From Squalus acanthias (lineage: Eukaryota): 64,000 bases of DNA. Each line of letters begins with the position of its first letter. Positions within the stretch are counted from its first letter, which is position 1. The notes beneath the pieces are model-generated. The model searched no databases and had not been told where the DNA came from. It saw only the letters and a program-made list of their open reading frames with translations. The stretch lies in NCBI GenBank assembly GCA_030390025.1, contig CM059432.1, forward strand, positions 79,548,001-79,612,000. Reading direction: 5' to 3'. Shown here in pieces: positions 52,639 through 64,000 of the stretch. The translations under genes and the position numbers were made by a program.

Positions 52639-53333
52639 CGATAGCAAAACACTGCGGATGCTGAAAATCCGAAATAACAACAGAAAACGCTGGAAAAACT
52701 CAGCAGGCCAGGCAGCATCCGTGGAGAGAGAAACAGAGTTAACGTTTCAGGTCGAAGACCTTTCGTCAGAACTGGTAAAAAGCAGGAAATGAAATAGATT
52801 TAAAGCAAGTAAAAAGCTGGGAAAAGGGGGAGGGGATGAAAGAACAAAAGGAGACATTAAGAGATAATCAAGGCAAGAGGAGGTGGTAATGTGACAGGTT
52901 GGGGAACAAAGGATGGCTCTAGATGAAGTGTGAAATGCACTGGCAGAATGAAGGACAGCTGCCAGCTTCTGGGAGGAAAAAAAAAAGGGGGGGCCAAACA
53001 AAAGGGTGGATGAAAAAATAAAATATAAATGTGATAGGGGCCGAGGTTATGATCTAAAATTGTTGAACTCGATGTTGAGTCCAGAGGGCTGTAGGGTGCC
53101 TAAACAAAAGATGAGGTGCTGTTCCTCGAGCTTACGCTGAGCTTCCGTGGAACAGTATAATAGGCCGAGGACGGTGAGGTCAGAGTGGGAGTGGAGCGGA
53201 GAATTAAAGTGACAGGCCACCGGGAGCTCGGGGTCCCCCTTACGGACTGAACGGAGGTGTTCGCAAAGTGGTCACCCAATCTGCGTTTGGTCTCCCCAAT
53301 GTAGAGGAGACCACATCGTGAGCAGCGATGGAA
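52639..53333 (-). mobile_element. Penelope-like element 3' fragment (family P2) with GIY-YIG endonuclease remnant
   Basis: CSRCGLLYIGETKRRLGDHFA; 14-bp TSD cccttggaaccgag (52625-52638 / 53334-53347). Confidence 0.88.
52737..52773 (-). ncRNA. Minimal hammerhead ribozyme (Penelope-type, family P2)
   Basis: AGUU CUGACGA A AGGUC UUC GACCU GAAA CG UU AACU; palindromic AACGUU. Confidence 0.8.
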
Positions 53334-54529
53334 CCCTTGGAACCGAGGATGACTTGCTTCCATGCTAAAAATGAGTTCTCAGGTGACTGATGAGTCCAAT
53401 GCGGGACCTACAGTCTCTGTCACAGGTGGGGCAGACGGTGGTTGAAGGGGTGGGTGGGTGGGGTGCTTGGGTTGACGTGCGTTCCTTCCGCTGTTTGCGC
53501 TTGGCTTCCGCTTGCTCCCGGTGAAGAGACTCGAGGTGTTCGGCGCCTTCCCAGATGCTTCTCCTCCACTTTGAGCTGTCTTGGGCCAGGGATTCCCATG
53601 TGTCGGAGGGGACATTGCACTTTTTGAAGGAGGCTTTGAGGGTGTCCTTGAAGCATTTCCTCTGCCCACCTGGGGCTCTCCTGCCATGTCGGAGCTCCGA
53701 GTAGAGCACTTGTTTTGGGAGTCTCGTATCGGGCATGCAGACGATGTGGCCCGTCCTTCGGAGCTGATCGAGTGTGGGCAAAGCTTCGATGCTGGGGATG
53801 TTGTCCTGAGCGAGAACACTGACGTTGGTGTGCCTATCCTGCCAATGGATTTGCAGGATCTTGCGGAGGCAGCGTTGGTAGTACCTCTCCAGTGCTTTGA
53901 GGTGCCTGCTGTACATGGTCCATGTCTCTGAAGCATACAGGAGGGCGGGAATCACTACTGCTCTGTAGACTATGAGCTTGGTGCCGGGTTTGAGGTCCTG
54001 GTCTTCAAACACTCTCTTCCTCAGGCGACTGAAGGTTGCACTGGCACACTGAAGGCGGTGTTGGACTTCATCATCGACGTCTGCCCTTGTTGACAGGAGG
54101 CTCCCGAGGTATGGAAAGTGGTCCACGTTGTCCAAGGCCTCGTCGTGGATTTTGATAATCGGGGGGCAGTGCTGTGTGGCGGGGGCAGGTTGGTAGAGGA
54201 CCTTTGTCTTATGGCTGTTTAGTGTAAGGCTCATAACAAAGCATTTTGAATTCTCAAAGTCCTTTAAACTAAGCCATTTGGTGAGCTTTTAAATAGAGTG
54301 CACCTATGGAGTCTTGTCTCACCGCAGTTGCCTGGAAATATGGATGAATTGGTTGAACTAAAGACATAGTGAGAGAATTAAGTAATTATATCTGGTCCAA
54401 GCAACTTCATGCACCACATATCAAAAGAGTCTTTTCCTCACTAAACAAGGCTCTTTGAAGAAGCTCCAGATCATTGCTCAACAAACAAATAAGCAAGTTT
54501 TTAATCAATTATATATCTTCCAGGTTTAT

Positions 54530-55010
54530 AGAGTGTGAACTACTCTCACTTCTCCTTTGGCATTTAGCTCTTGCATCCATGTCTGGATCAAGGCTGTGAT
54601 AAGATCTGGAGCTGAATGGTTCTGATGGAACTGAAACGGAACATTGGTGAGCACATTATTGGTGAGTAGGTGTTGCCTGATGGCACTGTTGATGACTCTT
54701 TCTATCACTTTACTGATGATTGGGAAGAGACTGATAGTGTGATAATTGGCTGGGTTAGATTTGTCCTGTGTTTCGTGGATAGGACATAACATTATAATTT
54801 TCTACATTTTCTGGATAGATATCAGTGTCATACCTGTACTGGAACACTTTGGATAGAGGAACACTTACCTCTGGGTGCATAGGTCTTCATCGTTACAGCC
54901 GGGATATTCTAAGTGCCTATAGTCTTTACTGTGTTCAGTGCAGTTATCCATTTCTTAATGTCAAGTGGAGTAAACCAGTTGACTGGACATTGGAATCTAT
55001 GTTAGTGGCG
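54530..55010 (-). mobile_element. Old LINE family B RT fragment
   Basis: QDKSNPANYHTISL..HSAPDLITALIQTW. Confidence 0.75.
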
Positions 55011-56204
55011 ACCTGCTCCCAAAGTCCCCACCTCTGTAGTGTAAATGGTCAAGACTCGAGAACTGTCTGGTTGGAATTTGAAAATTGAATGTGATAAATA
55101 AATATCTGCGCAACATGATTTATATAGTTACAATATACCTGTGGCCTTGTTTATTATCAAAATTTGAGAACTTTTTATTTGGTCTGTTTCTAAAAATCAT
55201 AATACTGAAAATTATATCTAATTTCCATGTCATGTTTTGGAATTTTTGACTATTGGGTAAGTTGTATTAAGATATAGCAATTAAGTTAAATCCAGTTCAG
55301 CAGAGGTTAAATCCACAACATACAGTGTCTGGGGATGCAGATTAGGATTAAGCACATCAGAAATTAGACCCAGTTGAGGGGTCTTTACAAGATGGTATTT
55401 GTCGCCAACCACATTTGTTGGAGACAATGAGATTCAATAACACACCCCAAAGACAAGATCGGATGATATACCGGTATAATTTATACAAGCCCAGCAGAGA
55501 GTGTTGCCAGGGAAGCTCACATTTAGGAGGGTAGTGGTCAATCTAATTGGCATCTCAAATGACCAATCCCCAAGCATGGAGAGCTGGGGAGGGTTATAGG
55601 TCAAGCATTGTATTTCCTGTCCAACTAAGAAAGGACACACAGAAACACACAGTCTACAGAGTATGTTTACATAATACTGGACATTTGCTTGTACTCAACT
55701 GTGGATTATGTCTTGATAAATCTTTGTTAATGCTATCAAATGTGTTAATGCTGCAGTACAGGCACCATCATGTGCCAACCTTTCAGCAAACAGATTATAT
55801 CTGCACTGACAGCAATACTGACACAAAAAGGACTAGATCTGATGAACCTAAAACAGAAGAAATAATAAATTAGGAGATTAATTTTAATCTATAATAAAAA
55901 CGCGCATGTTCTCAGAATGTCAAAGGTACTAGACGTGTAGGTGCCGCTATCAATGTACCATTTTATAATACCTTGAGTATATCCTCAAACGATGCAGAGA
56001 AAGTGGCAGGACAGAGAAAGTAAATAGATGCCCATTTACTTTCTAAAAAGTAGAGAACCAAATCCACTATGGACGGCTGCAGATGGAGGAATACAGTAAA
56101 AGGGAGAACACAAAGGAGATTTAAAGTGAAACGAAAATCCAATGCAGCCCTCAGAAAGAAAAAAATAAAGGATTTAATCTGAAAATAAACACCAGATGTT
56201 GGTA

Positions 56205-56343
56205 AAACAACAGAAAATGCTGGAGACACTCAGCAGGCCAGACAGCATCCATGGAGAGAGGATGCTGCCTGGCTTGCTGAGTGTCTCCAGCATTTTCTGT
56301 TGTTATTTCAGATTTCCAGCATCCGCAGTATTTTGCTATTGTC
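56205..56343. mobile_element. Penelope-like inverted terminal fragment (family P2)
   Basis: About 45-bp inverted arms (56206-56250 / 56259-56303); 13-bp TSD ccagatgttggta (56192-56204 / 56344-56356). Confidence 0.75.
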
Positions 56344-58650
56344 CCAGATGTTGGTATCCTGATAGCGATGAAGAGATCTGAAGAAGAACAATCTTAAAAG
56401 CCGTGCAACTCCAACAGGATGCACCCTTAGAATGGTAGAATTTCCTCCCACCCTCCCCAGATGGTGAGCAAATATTTGGCTGCCAACCCCTACCAAACTC
56501 TTCATCACTCCCCTCCTCATTCTCCATTTCCCCACCCTCTTCCCTCCTTCCTCTCTACTCAATCCTTTACCTTTTCCTCCTCGCCTCTCCTCATCGCACA
56601 TTCCTTTTCCCCTACCAGCCCTGCTCCTTTTTATTTGCCTCCTCCTCTCCTTATTCTCCCCTCCCACATTGATTCCATTATCTCCCTCCCTTTAACCCGG
56701 CTTGAAATAAAAATTTTAATTGGTCTTGACCATCCACGTTCAAAGCCACAGGAGATTGACTGCTAGTATTGTATAACTTACTAACTTGTTATCAAACCCC
56801 CTCTCCCCCAGATATTCAATTTATCTGTTCATTGTTCATCAGAATACACTGAGCCAGAAAACAATAGGCATGTGTGATATTAGACTACATTGGATAGAAG
56901 ATATCCCAAGTATCTGCAAGAGGATAGGATACAGGTTGCAGTTACCACATTTGTTGAGCCAGTTAGCATAAAGATCACTGAAACTGTCACACTACTGCAA
57001 AACAAAATGTGGACACAGAGCATTAAGTAAAAGTATGTAAAGTTTAAAAATCTGGTAAGAAACCAGTGACCTATGAAATGAACATTTAAGAAATGACCTT
57101 CCTGTAAAGGATATTCTTCCTGCATAGTGCGTGCAGTTTTTTGAGCAAAAAGGAAACTTCTGAGTGTAATTAATCAAACATTACCTTTTCAACACAGAGG
57201 GGTTCTGCCAATCATTTAACATGCTTGTTAAAACTGTTTTTAAATCCAAAGTAAACATAAAGTTTACATAAGAACCCCAAGACTACTGTGTATCAGTTTT
57301 GTAATTTAAGCACTATAGGTCACTACATGCTTAAAAATGAAGGAAGCCATTTATCATTAATTTCAGTTATCACCATGGTAATTTGGCCACTTCCATTTAT
57401 CAGCATTCAACTTTCTAAAAATAATATTTAGAGCTCATGATGTTTAGTATTCTATAACCACTGTTGATTTTTTCTAAAGGAAATGAAGTGACCATTTACT
57501 AATTGAAAACATACTGGAGAGTCCCTTGCCAATTTAATGAGGTAGAATGAAACAAAATGTGCTTTAGTACATACTAGCTGGGGGGAAAAATAATTTAACA
57601 AAGGAATTGTTTATTTTCTGTTTTAGTATAGTTCATTGTTATATAGTTTGAACATAAGAATTGGGAACAAGAAAAGGGTGTTAAGCTCAACAAGCTCATC
57701 CTTTTTTCCAGAGGTCAATCTCACCTACTTGTTTTCTCATCATATTGCTCAATCCCTTCTCTCTCCAGAAACACATAGGCCCGGATTTAGCGGATAGCGG
57801 CAAAGGGATGGCGCTCGCTGCTGATCTCGAAAAAAGCTGCCCACAAAGATTTAGCAAGCTCTAGAGCATCAATTTCCCCCATTCTGATGTGACTTTGAAT
57901 CTGGCATCATCCATAGGGAATGTGTGGCGTCCAGCAACAGTGAAGTAATCAAGCAGGCTGATCGGCCAATCAGATTGAAGAATTCTCACAGACAACAAAC
58001 CAGGAAGTAAAAAGCATGGATTGTAATTAATTTTTTAATAATTTTACGGAAAGCATTGGGACGTGGACATGGGTTTAAGGTAGAAGCTGAAATATCATAA
58101 ACAAACTTAAAAAAATTAAAATAAAAAATAATTTTTATTATTTTAAGTCATGGCGGGAAAAATTCGGTTGGCTTGTGCCTCCCATTAGCGCCCTAAGAGG
58201 ACGCAAAGCAACTAGCACCCGGGTGCAGCAATGTTTGTGCCACTCGCAAAATTGACTAGAGTTTTTGCGGCGGCGCAAAAGTTTACCGCCCCGATTTCCT
58301 GCGCCTGCAGATCGTGATGTCAGTCGAGCGTGCAGCGCGCTGGTGGCACCCCGGACCGGATATTGAGTGGCGCCCCCCTCCTTTCCGCCTGGCGCAAGCA
58401 ACGACAGGGAGACTGGAACGTTTCCCCGTCAGTGAGGGAATGGGGGGGCGCTATTTAAAGGCGGCCTCTTCCTGGCTTTTTCTGTGGCAGACATTTTTGC
58501 ACCACTCATTCTGACAGAGAGAGAGATTCTGAGAGAGCGATAGAGAGACTTCTGCATAGAGTCAACGCTGTGTGAAGTAGTTTTGGCTACTGAGCATCAC
58601 TTTGCAGGTACTTTTGGATTTGACCTTCATTACTTCGATTGCCAAGAGAC

Positions 58651-59803
58651 TTGGGGGCTGCACTGATTTGGGGCGTCGTCCTGCACCTGCAGAATTGGAG
58701 GCAACAGAGACACACAGAGAGAATGGCAATCATGGCCAGACCGAGGAGGGCCAACAGGCCTCTGCACAGGAGACATTACCCTCCCAGGGTATTCCGGGAA
58801 CAATTCTCCAACATTAATTTGTCTGAGGAGTAGTGTTTGCGCAGGCTGCGCTTCAGCAAGGAGGTGGTCACTGAGCTCTGCCACCTGCTGCGGCCAGATC
58901 TGCAGCCTCTACTGAGGACCAGGACGTCTCTGTTGGTGGCTGTGAAGGTCACAGTGGCTCTGAACTTTTATGCCACCGGCTCCTTTCAAGCAGCTACTGG
59001 GGACATCGCCAATATCTCCCAGTTCGCGGTCCATTGCTGTATCCGTCAGGACACAAATGCCCTCTATAAAAGGAGACGCCAGTACATCTCTTTCCCGATG
59101 ACCCGGGCCAAACAGCATGAATGCGCATTGGGCTTTGCGAGGATAGCGGGCTTCCCCATGGTGCAGGGCGCCATTGACTGCACGCATGTGGCATTGCGGG
59201 CACCGCATGCGAATGCAGAGGTTTTCCGAAACCGCAAGAGATTCCACTACTTAAACGTCCAGTTGGTCTGTGACCACAGACAGCTGATACTCGGTCAATG
59301 CTCGCTATCCTGGCAGCAGCCACAATGCTTTCATCCTGTGCCAGACTGCTGTGCCAGAACTTTTCCAGGCACCGCATCAGCTAAGTGGTTGGCACCTCGG
59401 GGACAAGGGTTATCCACTGTGCACCTGGCTGATGACACCGCTCCGTAACCCCAACACCCCTGCTGAGCTGCGGTACAATAAGAGCCATCTCACCACCAGG
59501 AACATCGTTGAGCAGACGATCGGCGTGCTCAAGCAACGGTTCCGCTGTCTGAACCACTCAGGAGGAGTCCTGCAGTACTCGCCTGATCGAGTCTCCCTCT
59601 TCATAGTTGTGTGCTGCATGCTTCATAACCTGGCAATCCTCAGGACCCAGCCAATGCCACCAGGCCTTGGAGCACCACCGGAGGAGGAGGAGGAGGAGGA
59701 AGAGGAGGAGGATGATCAGCAGCAGCACCAAGGCGGGAGGGAGGCCCACAATGTTGAAACTGCAAGGGCCGTCCGTCAACGACTGATAACAAGCCGCTTT
59801 TAG
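58651..59803 (+). pseudogene. Harbinger transposase with stop and frameshift
   Basis: [58 protein letters not shown], poly-E. Confidence 0.92.
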
Positions 59804-60114
59804 GCCCCTACTGAGGAAATGGCTTCTGGCATGGAGAACAACATGAATGAAAGCAACCCGCAACCCCTAAGCCGGCCAAGGCAGCAATGATTCCAAAGGC
59901 CAAACCTGTACATTTTGAATACAAAAACTTTTTTATTTTACAAACTCTGTGTGTGTCATTTCTTCATGACATACTAATAGAAACAAACACAAAAAATCAT
60001 TCATTAACATTACTGGTTCTCACAACCTGGAGATAATATCCAAAACACTAAACAAAAGTTTGAACACGAACCTCGGCCTTTAATAAAAAATGTAACAACA
60101 TTTCGTCACACCTC

Positions 60115-61923
60115 CTACTTTTTGTCCTTCGAGAGTGATCTCCTTCCCTTGCGCACTTCCCCCCTTCCCACCCTACTGCTCCTCCGTAATGGGGCCCCAG
60201 TGGCTGCAGCAAGGCTGGTGGAAGGCTGCTGATTGTCAGAACCTGAGACTACAGATGCCCTTGAAAGATGGCCTCGACCAGCTCTGGGCCTGGAGGGCCC
60301 GGCTGCAGACTGCACCAACTCTGCATGGGCGGCAGCAGTTTGGGCTACAGGCAGTGGCAAGTGCAATGGGGAAGTGACAGTGGTGGCAGCAGGAATGCTG
60401 TCATCTTGAGAGAGGACAGCAACTCCCTGCTCGACCAACACACTGGCACTCCCACGGGGCAGCACCACAGCATCCGGAACAATCTGCTGGAGCACAGATT
60501 GCTGGCCTGCTGTGGCGCGGTGAGAGCCCGGGTGAAATGTGTCCGAACCAGCGACAATGGCAGCAGTCAGTGCTTGCGTGACCTCAATCTGAGTCTGCAT
60601 GAGACCAGTCTGAGATTGGATCATGGCAGCCAGTGACTGAATTGCAGCACTAAGCATTAGCGTGGCATCCGCCTGTGCTACAGCGTAGTGCTCCACACTC
60701 CTTGCCAGTGCATCAATGCAATCGGGCACCCTTCCCACTGCACCCATGAGCTGAGTGTGCATGGGTGTTCATTTCAGCGATGAGCCACTCCTCCTCTGCG
60801 TCCAGTGCAGCAGGACTCGCTGGCCTACTCTCCCTCCAGGGAGAAGGCCCCCAAGCTTCCCTAGCCACATCGCGTTGCTGCAGCCCGCTGGGTCCCGGAG
60901 TTTCACCCTCATCAGACCCTTCCCCCCTGCTCCCCTCCAGCGAAGGCGTGTTCCCAGTGTGGGCATGGGCGTCCTCGGGAGAGGGTGGCGCTGATGCTCT
61001 GGCTTCCTCTTCCTCCTCGCCTGCGACTTCATTCCCACTGGCAGCTTCAGGGCCCGTCTCCTCAGCTGGTGAATCACCATCTGAAAGCAGAGAGGTACAA
61101 GAGTGGCTTTAGCGTGAGGACAGGGGGGCAGTAAGGGAGGAAGGAGTGGAGCGATTTAGTAACTTGGATTGAAAGTGTCAAAGGCAGGTGTTGTGAGGGA
61201 CAAGTGGAATGAGAGAGGAGAGAAAGCTGATGACCTTACCAATGCTGTCCCGAATGAGGTCGGCCTCTCCAGGGGCGACGGGACCGATCACCTGGCTTGC
61301 CACAATCCTGTGGACGCGCGCCTCAAGATCACTGAGGGGTTGCAGCTGAGGCCGCCCTCTACCTGTCCGTTGCTGCTGTCTCCTATTATGAGATAGCTTG
61401 GCCTGCAAGAAAAAGGATGGCGTCTGAGTAAATATACAGCCATGGTCTTGCCTGATGTGCCTCCCATAATTGAATAGCCCTTAATGTATGCAGCCATGGT
61501 CTTGCCTGATGTGCCTCCCATAGTTGAATAGCCCTTACTGTATGCAAGGTGTGGAATGTGCGTGTGTGTTTCATGAGAGGGCCATAGGTGTTGGATGAGT
61601 GTTGGGCATTGAGGTTTTAAGACCCGCTGGCCATAGAGTGAGGTTGAAATGGAGGGATGGAGAGGTATTGAAAAAAAGCCACTCACCCTGACAACCCGAG
61701 TGAGGTCGTTGAACTTTTTGTGACATTGAGTATGGGTCCTGGGCACCATGCTCCTGGAGGAGACATGCTGAGCCACCTCCCTCCACACTCTTCTGTAGCC
61801 GCGCGGCAAAGGCCTCCTGCCACTCTCAGGGAAGAGTATAGATCTTCTGCACTCCACCGCGCCAACCAGAGCCTCCAAGGGCCGCTCGCTGAAGTGCTGA
61901 GCTAGTTCTCTCACCCTCTCCAT
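60115..61923 (-). pseudogene. Harbinger Myb/SANT gene, 3 exons (approximately 61923-61687, 61402-61240, 61080-60115)
   Basis: MERVRELAQHFSERPLEALV..ILFP..WREVAQHV..RTHTQCHKKFNDLTRVVR|gtgagt; cag|AKLSHNRRQQQRTG..|gtaag; exon 3 homologous to element B. Confidence 0.82.
61437..61544. repeat. 54-bp tandem duplication in Myb-gene intron 1
   Basis: cagccatggtcttgcctgatgtgcctcccata(a/g)ttgaatagccctta(a/c)tgtatg x2. Confidence 0.9.
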
Positions 61924-62904
61924 AGTCCTTGGCTGAAAAATGTAATCACAGGTCTCTCCAGGTCGAGATTCAAGGCTCCAATGAGCAGGGTGTGGCTGGA
62001 AAGCAAGATCGACCCTCCCCCTTAAGAACTGGCCAGCGCCAGTGTGTCTGTGTTCCATCGCTAACTGACATCACCTGCGCCCACGCTCTGAGTTAACGCC
62101 TCGCTCCTCGGCCTTTGCACCTTAAGACAGGTGTGCAGCGCCTGATTTAGTGCTCCAATCACCTCCAGGGGCGATAGAAGCCAAGTTTGCAGTTGGAGGC
62201 GATAATTACCGCCAGGTGCTAAACATTGCACCCGGCCGATAATTGGGCCCCAAATGGGGCGATACCGAATTTCTCCCCCATGGAATTTTGAAATGTTATT
62301 CTGAGGGAACAACACTCCACACTTGTAACATTAGTTTTTCAGGGCCAGAGAGGATGTTCCGCAGTAATTATGACTTAGTATGCCATTAAAAACTCAGTTA
62401 CACCTCATTCAACAAGACTCAACTTTTTCAATGTTTTTTACAGCGAGAATAGTGCGTAGAAAGTTGAAGTTCACGTCAAATCACTGGTTCTGTGTTGATT
62501 GCATCTGTGGAGACAGCAACAGCTGTGGAGGAGCAGGGTATCACTGACGGCAACTTCTGGATATACGTGTTTAACTGTGCAAGTGTGGACACCAGAAGTT
62601 GCTGTCAATTTTACACAGTAACAACGCTAACAGTTTCGCCGTCATTACAATCGCAAAATCCAGGCCATAATTTTGTCTCTGGAATCCATTTATACTTTCC
62701 AACTCAATGGCCTTCTCGATCATTAGTTCCAGAAGTTTATAGCTCTTTCGATGAAAATGTATTGCCTGACTTCCTTTCTTAATTCCAAATAGTAATCATT
62801 CTAACAAATAATAGATTTATTTCAGTATATGGAGGAATCTATTTATCTAAAAGTTTTGAGGGACTGTCACACGCTAGGGGAACAATTTTCATGTGGCTCC
62901 ACTT

Positions 62905-64000
62905 CAACAACAACAACAACTTGCATTTATACAGCGCCTTTAATGTGGTAAAACGCCCAAAGACCCTTCACAGGAGCGTTATCAAACAAAATTTGCCACC
63001 GAGCCACATAAGGAGATATTAAGGCAGATGGCTTGGTCAAAGAGGTTGGTTTTAAGGAGCATCTTAAAGGAGAAGTGAGAGGTAGAGAGGTGGAGAAGCT
63101 TAGGGAGGGAATTCCAGAGCTTAGGACCTAGGCAGCTGAAAGCACGGCCGGCAATAGTGGAGTGAATACAATCGGGGTGCACAAGAGGCCAGAACTGGAG
63201 GAGCACAGAGATCTCGGAAGGTTGTAGGGCTGGAAGAGGTTGCAGAGATAGGGAGAGGCAAGGCCATGGAGGGATTTGAAATCAAGGATGAGAATTTTTA
63301 AATCGAGGCGTTGAAGGTCCGGGAGCCAATGTAGGTCAGCGAGCACAGGGGTGATGAGTGAACAGGACTTGGTACAAGTCACGAGACAGGCAGCAGAGAT
63401 TTGGATAAGCTCAAGTTTATAGAGGGTGGAAGATGGGAGGCCGGACAGGAGAGCATTGGAATAGTCGAGTCTAGAGGTTACAAAGGCTTGAATGAGGGTT
63501 TCAGCAGCAGATGAGCTGAGGCAGGGTGGAGACGGGCGATGTTACAGAGGTGAAAGTAGGCTGTCTTGGTGATGGAGCAGATATGTGGTCAGAAGCTCAT
63601 CTCAGGGTCAAATACATCACCATCAAATTATTTCATGGTTTCCAATTTAGCTTGTTATTTTATTGTTTGGTTCAGCCTTGAACAGTTGCCAGGGAATGGG
63701 ATGGAGTTGGTGGTGGGGACCGAAGAGAATGGCTTTGGTCTTCCCAACATTAGTTGGATGAAATTTTTGTTCATCCAGTATTGGATGTCAGACAAGCAGT
63801 CTGACAAATCAGAGACAGTAGAGGGGTCAAGAGAGGTGGTGGTGAGCTAGAGCTGGGTGTCATCAGCGAACATGGTTGTGTTTTTGGATGATGTTGCCGT
63901 GTAGATGAGAAATAGGTGGGGGTCAAGGATAGATCATTGAGGTTTCCAGAGGTAACATTGTGGGAGTGGGAAGAGAAGCCATTGCAGGTGATACCCTGGC
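62905..64000 (-). mobile_element. L2 LINE 3' part; runs off the right edge
   Basis: ITPVLADLHWLP..LKILIL..GRAFSCLGPKLWNSLP, (GTT)n tail. Confidence 0.88.

Larger units (their letters stand above)
52611..54232 (-). mobile_element. RTE-clade LINE 3' fragment, (AAG)n tail, with nested Penelope-like element
   Basis: ORF 53365..54234: FPYLGS..YRAVVIPALLYASETW..RLPKQVLYSEL..CPTCDRDCRSRIGLISHLRTH; flanked by a 127-bp direct repeat. Confidence 0.9.
58153..62279 (+). mobile_element. PIF/Harbinger DNA transposon C, structurally complete but defective
   Basis: TIRs GCGGGAAAAATTCGGT / ACCGAATTTCTCCCCC, 3-bp TSD ATG (CAT if shifted by one base). Confidence 0.93.
57778..62666. mobile_element. MITE family M (about 760 bp without its insert) hosting Harbinger C
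   Basis: TIRs GGCCCGGATTTAGCG / CGCAAAATCCAGGCC, TSD ATA on both sides. Confidence 0.85.

Noticed and set aside
49130..57770. Exons of a neighbouring gene (COPS5 expected from remembered human synteny); exon-like minus-strand segments near 56945-56995 and 57186-57234
   Set aside because: No COPS5 peptide found. The AG..GT-bounded segments give no recognisable protein and need RNA-seq or TBLASTN support.

Overview
Vertebrate genomic DNA, most likely a shark or other cartilaginous fish (inferred from HER1-like CR1 LINEs and SacSINE1-like DeuSINEs). The only recognisable host gene is PPP1R42 (LRRC67/TLRR) on the minus strand. Four coding exons were read by hand with correct GT-AG sites and phases (33117-32986, 18098-17932, 15020-14882, 12775-12659). 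A CpG-rich putative promoter with an RFX X-box lies at about 38.3-38.9 kb. The remaining exons were not found and probably lie left of the window. The rest is mostly nested, decayed mobile DNA: CR1, L2 and RTE LINEs, tRNA-derived SINEs, Penelope-like fragments with minimal hammerhead ribozymes, and three two-gene PIF/Harbinger transposons (transposase plus a convergent 3-exon Myb/SANT gene) with several MITEs. Most notable: (1) two different Harbinger families sit at the same nucleotide of a CR1 3' tail repeat; (2) covarying hammerhead ribozymes, one inside a 57-bp perfect hairpin; (3) an apparently ORF1-less LINE with a tRNA-like head; (4) a 127-bp target-site duplication around an RTE; (5) a small NOP53-like retro-fragment. 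All family and gene assignments come from recognising sequence by eye, not from database searches. Repeat boundaries are approximate unless TIRs or TSDs are quoted.
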